From Candidatus Dojkabacteria bacterium (GTDB lineage Bacteria > Patescibacteriota > Dojkabacteria > SC72): a stretch of DNA of 64,000 nucleotides. Below the pieces are notes generated by a model that worked only from the letters and a program-made list of their open reading frames with translations, did not search any database and had not been told where the DNA came from. The position numbers and the translations under genes are program-made. Position 1 is the first letter of the stretch. Each line of letters opens with the position of its first letter. The stretch is taken from positions 453,744 through 517,743 of the forward strand of contig JBMNHC010000001.1 of assembly GCA_050950165.1 (NCBI GenBank). Direction: 5' to 3'. Of this stretch, positions 63,679 through 64,000 are shown in pieces.

Positions 63679-64000
63679 ATGAGAATATTAGGGATAGATC
63701 CAGGGCTCGCTATTGTAGGTTGGTCTGTTGTTGATTTTGATAAAAAGGGAAATCACAGTGCAGTAGATTTTGGTGCTATTCTTACAAAGAAGGATATGAG
63801 TGTTGGAGAGAGATTACAAGAGATATATGATGATCTTAATCATATTGTTGATAAATTTAAGCCAGATTGTTGTGGGTTAGAGACTCTCCTCTTTTATAAC
63901 AATGCTAGAACAGCTATGGTTGTAGGAGAGGCAAGGGGTATAGTGAGACTTGTTTTGCAGAGAGCTAATATCCCTGTTTATGAGTTTACTCCTTTGCAGG
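63679..64000 (+). CDS. ruvC: Holliday-junction resolvase RuvC (3' end outside the window)
   Basis: MRILGIDPGLAIVGWSVVDF catalytic Asp region. Follows yebC, as commonly found. Confidence 0.8.
   Translation, partial: MRILGIDPGLAIVGWSVVDFDKKGNHSAVDFGAILTKKDMSVGERLQEIYDDLNHIVDKFKPDCCGLETLLFYNNARTAMVVGEARGIVRLVLQRANIPVYEFTPLQ

Noticed and set aside
1-64000. Alternative genetic code (UGA recoded as Gly, as in some candidate-phyla lineages)
   Set aside because: TGA terminates radC at 10679-10681, and conserved genes are full length under code 11 with no in-frame TGA needed. The standard code is assumed.
1-64000. CRISPR arrays, integrases/transposases, prophage blocks, rRNA genes
   Set aside because: No regularly spaced direct repeats, no DDE or tyrosine-recombinase motifs, and no rRNA-like conserved segments were seen. 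Gene content is housekeeping plus surface proteins.

Overview
Low-GC (~33%), densely packed, mostly co-directional bacterial chromosome segment. It uses the standard genetic code: TGA acts as a stop at the end of radC. Housekeeping content dominates: cell-shape/peptidoglycan genes (mreBCD-mrdA), topA, radC, rpsB-tsf-frr with no pyrH, rseP, rpsU, ybeY, pth, mfd, dnaX-ybaB-recR, cysS, rnhC, cca, ychF, rpsF-ssb-rpsR, ctpA, htrA, prfA-prmC, rpmE, dnaB, lgt-lspA, rluD, yebC and ruvC (partial). There are five tRNAs: Thr-GGT, Tyr-GTA, Thr-TGT, Ser-TGA and Leu-CAA. Several features point to a reduced-genome, monoderm, CPR/Patescibacteria-like organism; this is inference only. They are the many N-terminally extended or domain-truncated proteins, the archaeal-type AMP-salvage genes (ribose-1,5-bisphosphate isomerase plus AMP phosphorylase), and the numerous signal-peptide plus C-terminal-anchor surface proteins. 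The most unusual elements, in order of interest, are as follows. (1) A tandem pair of paralogous Cys-rich surface-protein genes. Their 5' flank (191 nt) and 3' flank (157 nt) are near-identical, while the ectodomain-coding middles are strongly diverged, and each ends in a VPQTG sortase-like sorting signal. This looks like a recombining variable surface-antigen or adhesin cassette. (2) A four-gene minus-strand operon of secreted and anchored proteins with no recognisable family, possibly a surface-fibre assembly module. (3) A small intergenic repeat, carrying a hairpin in one copy, found immediately after the stop codons of two separate genes. (4) Two consecutive unassignable cytoplasmic proteins. 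(5) A membrane-anchored TraG/HerA-like ATPase next to an LCP-family protein. No CRISPR array, rRNA, integrase or transposase was seen.
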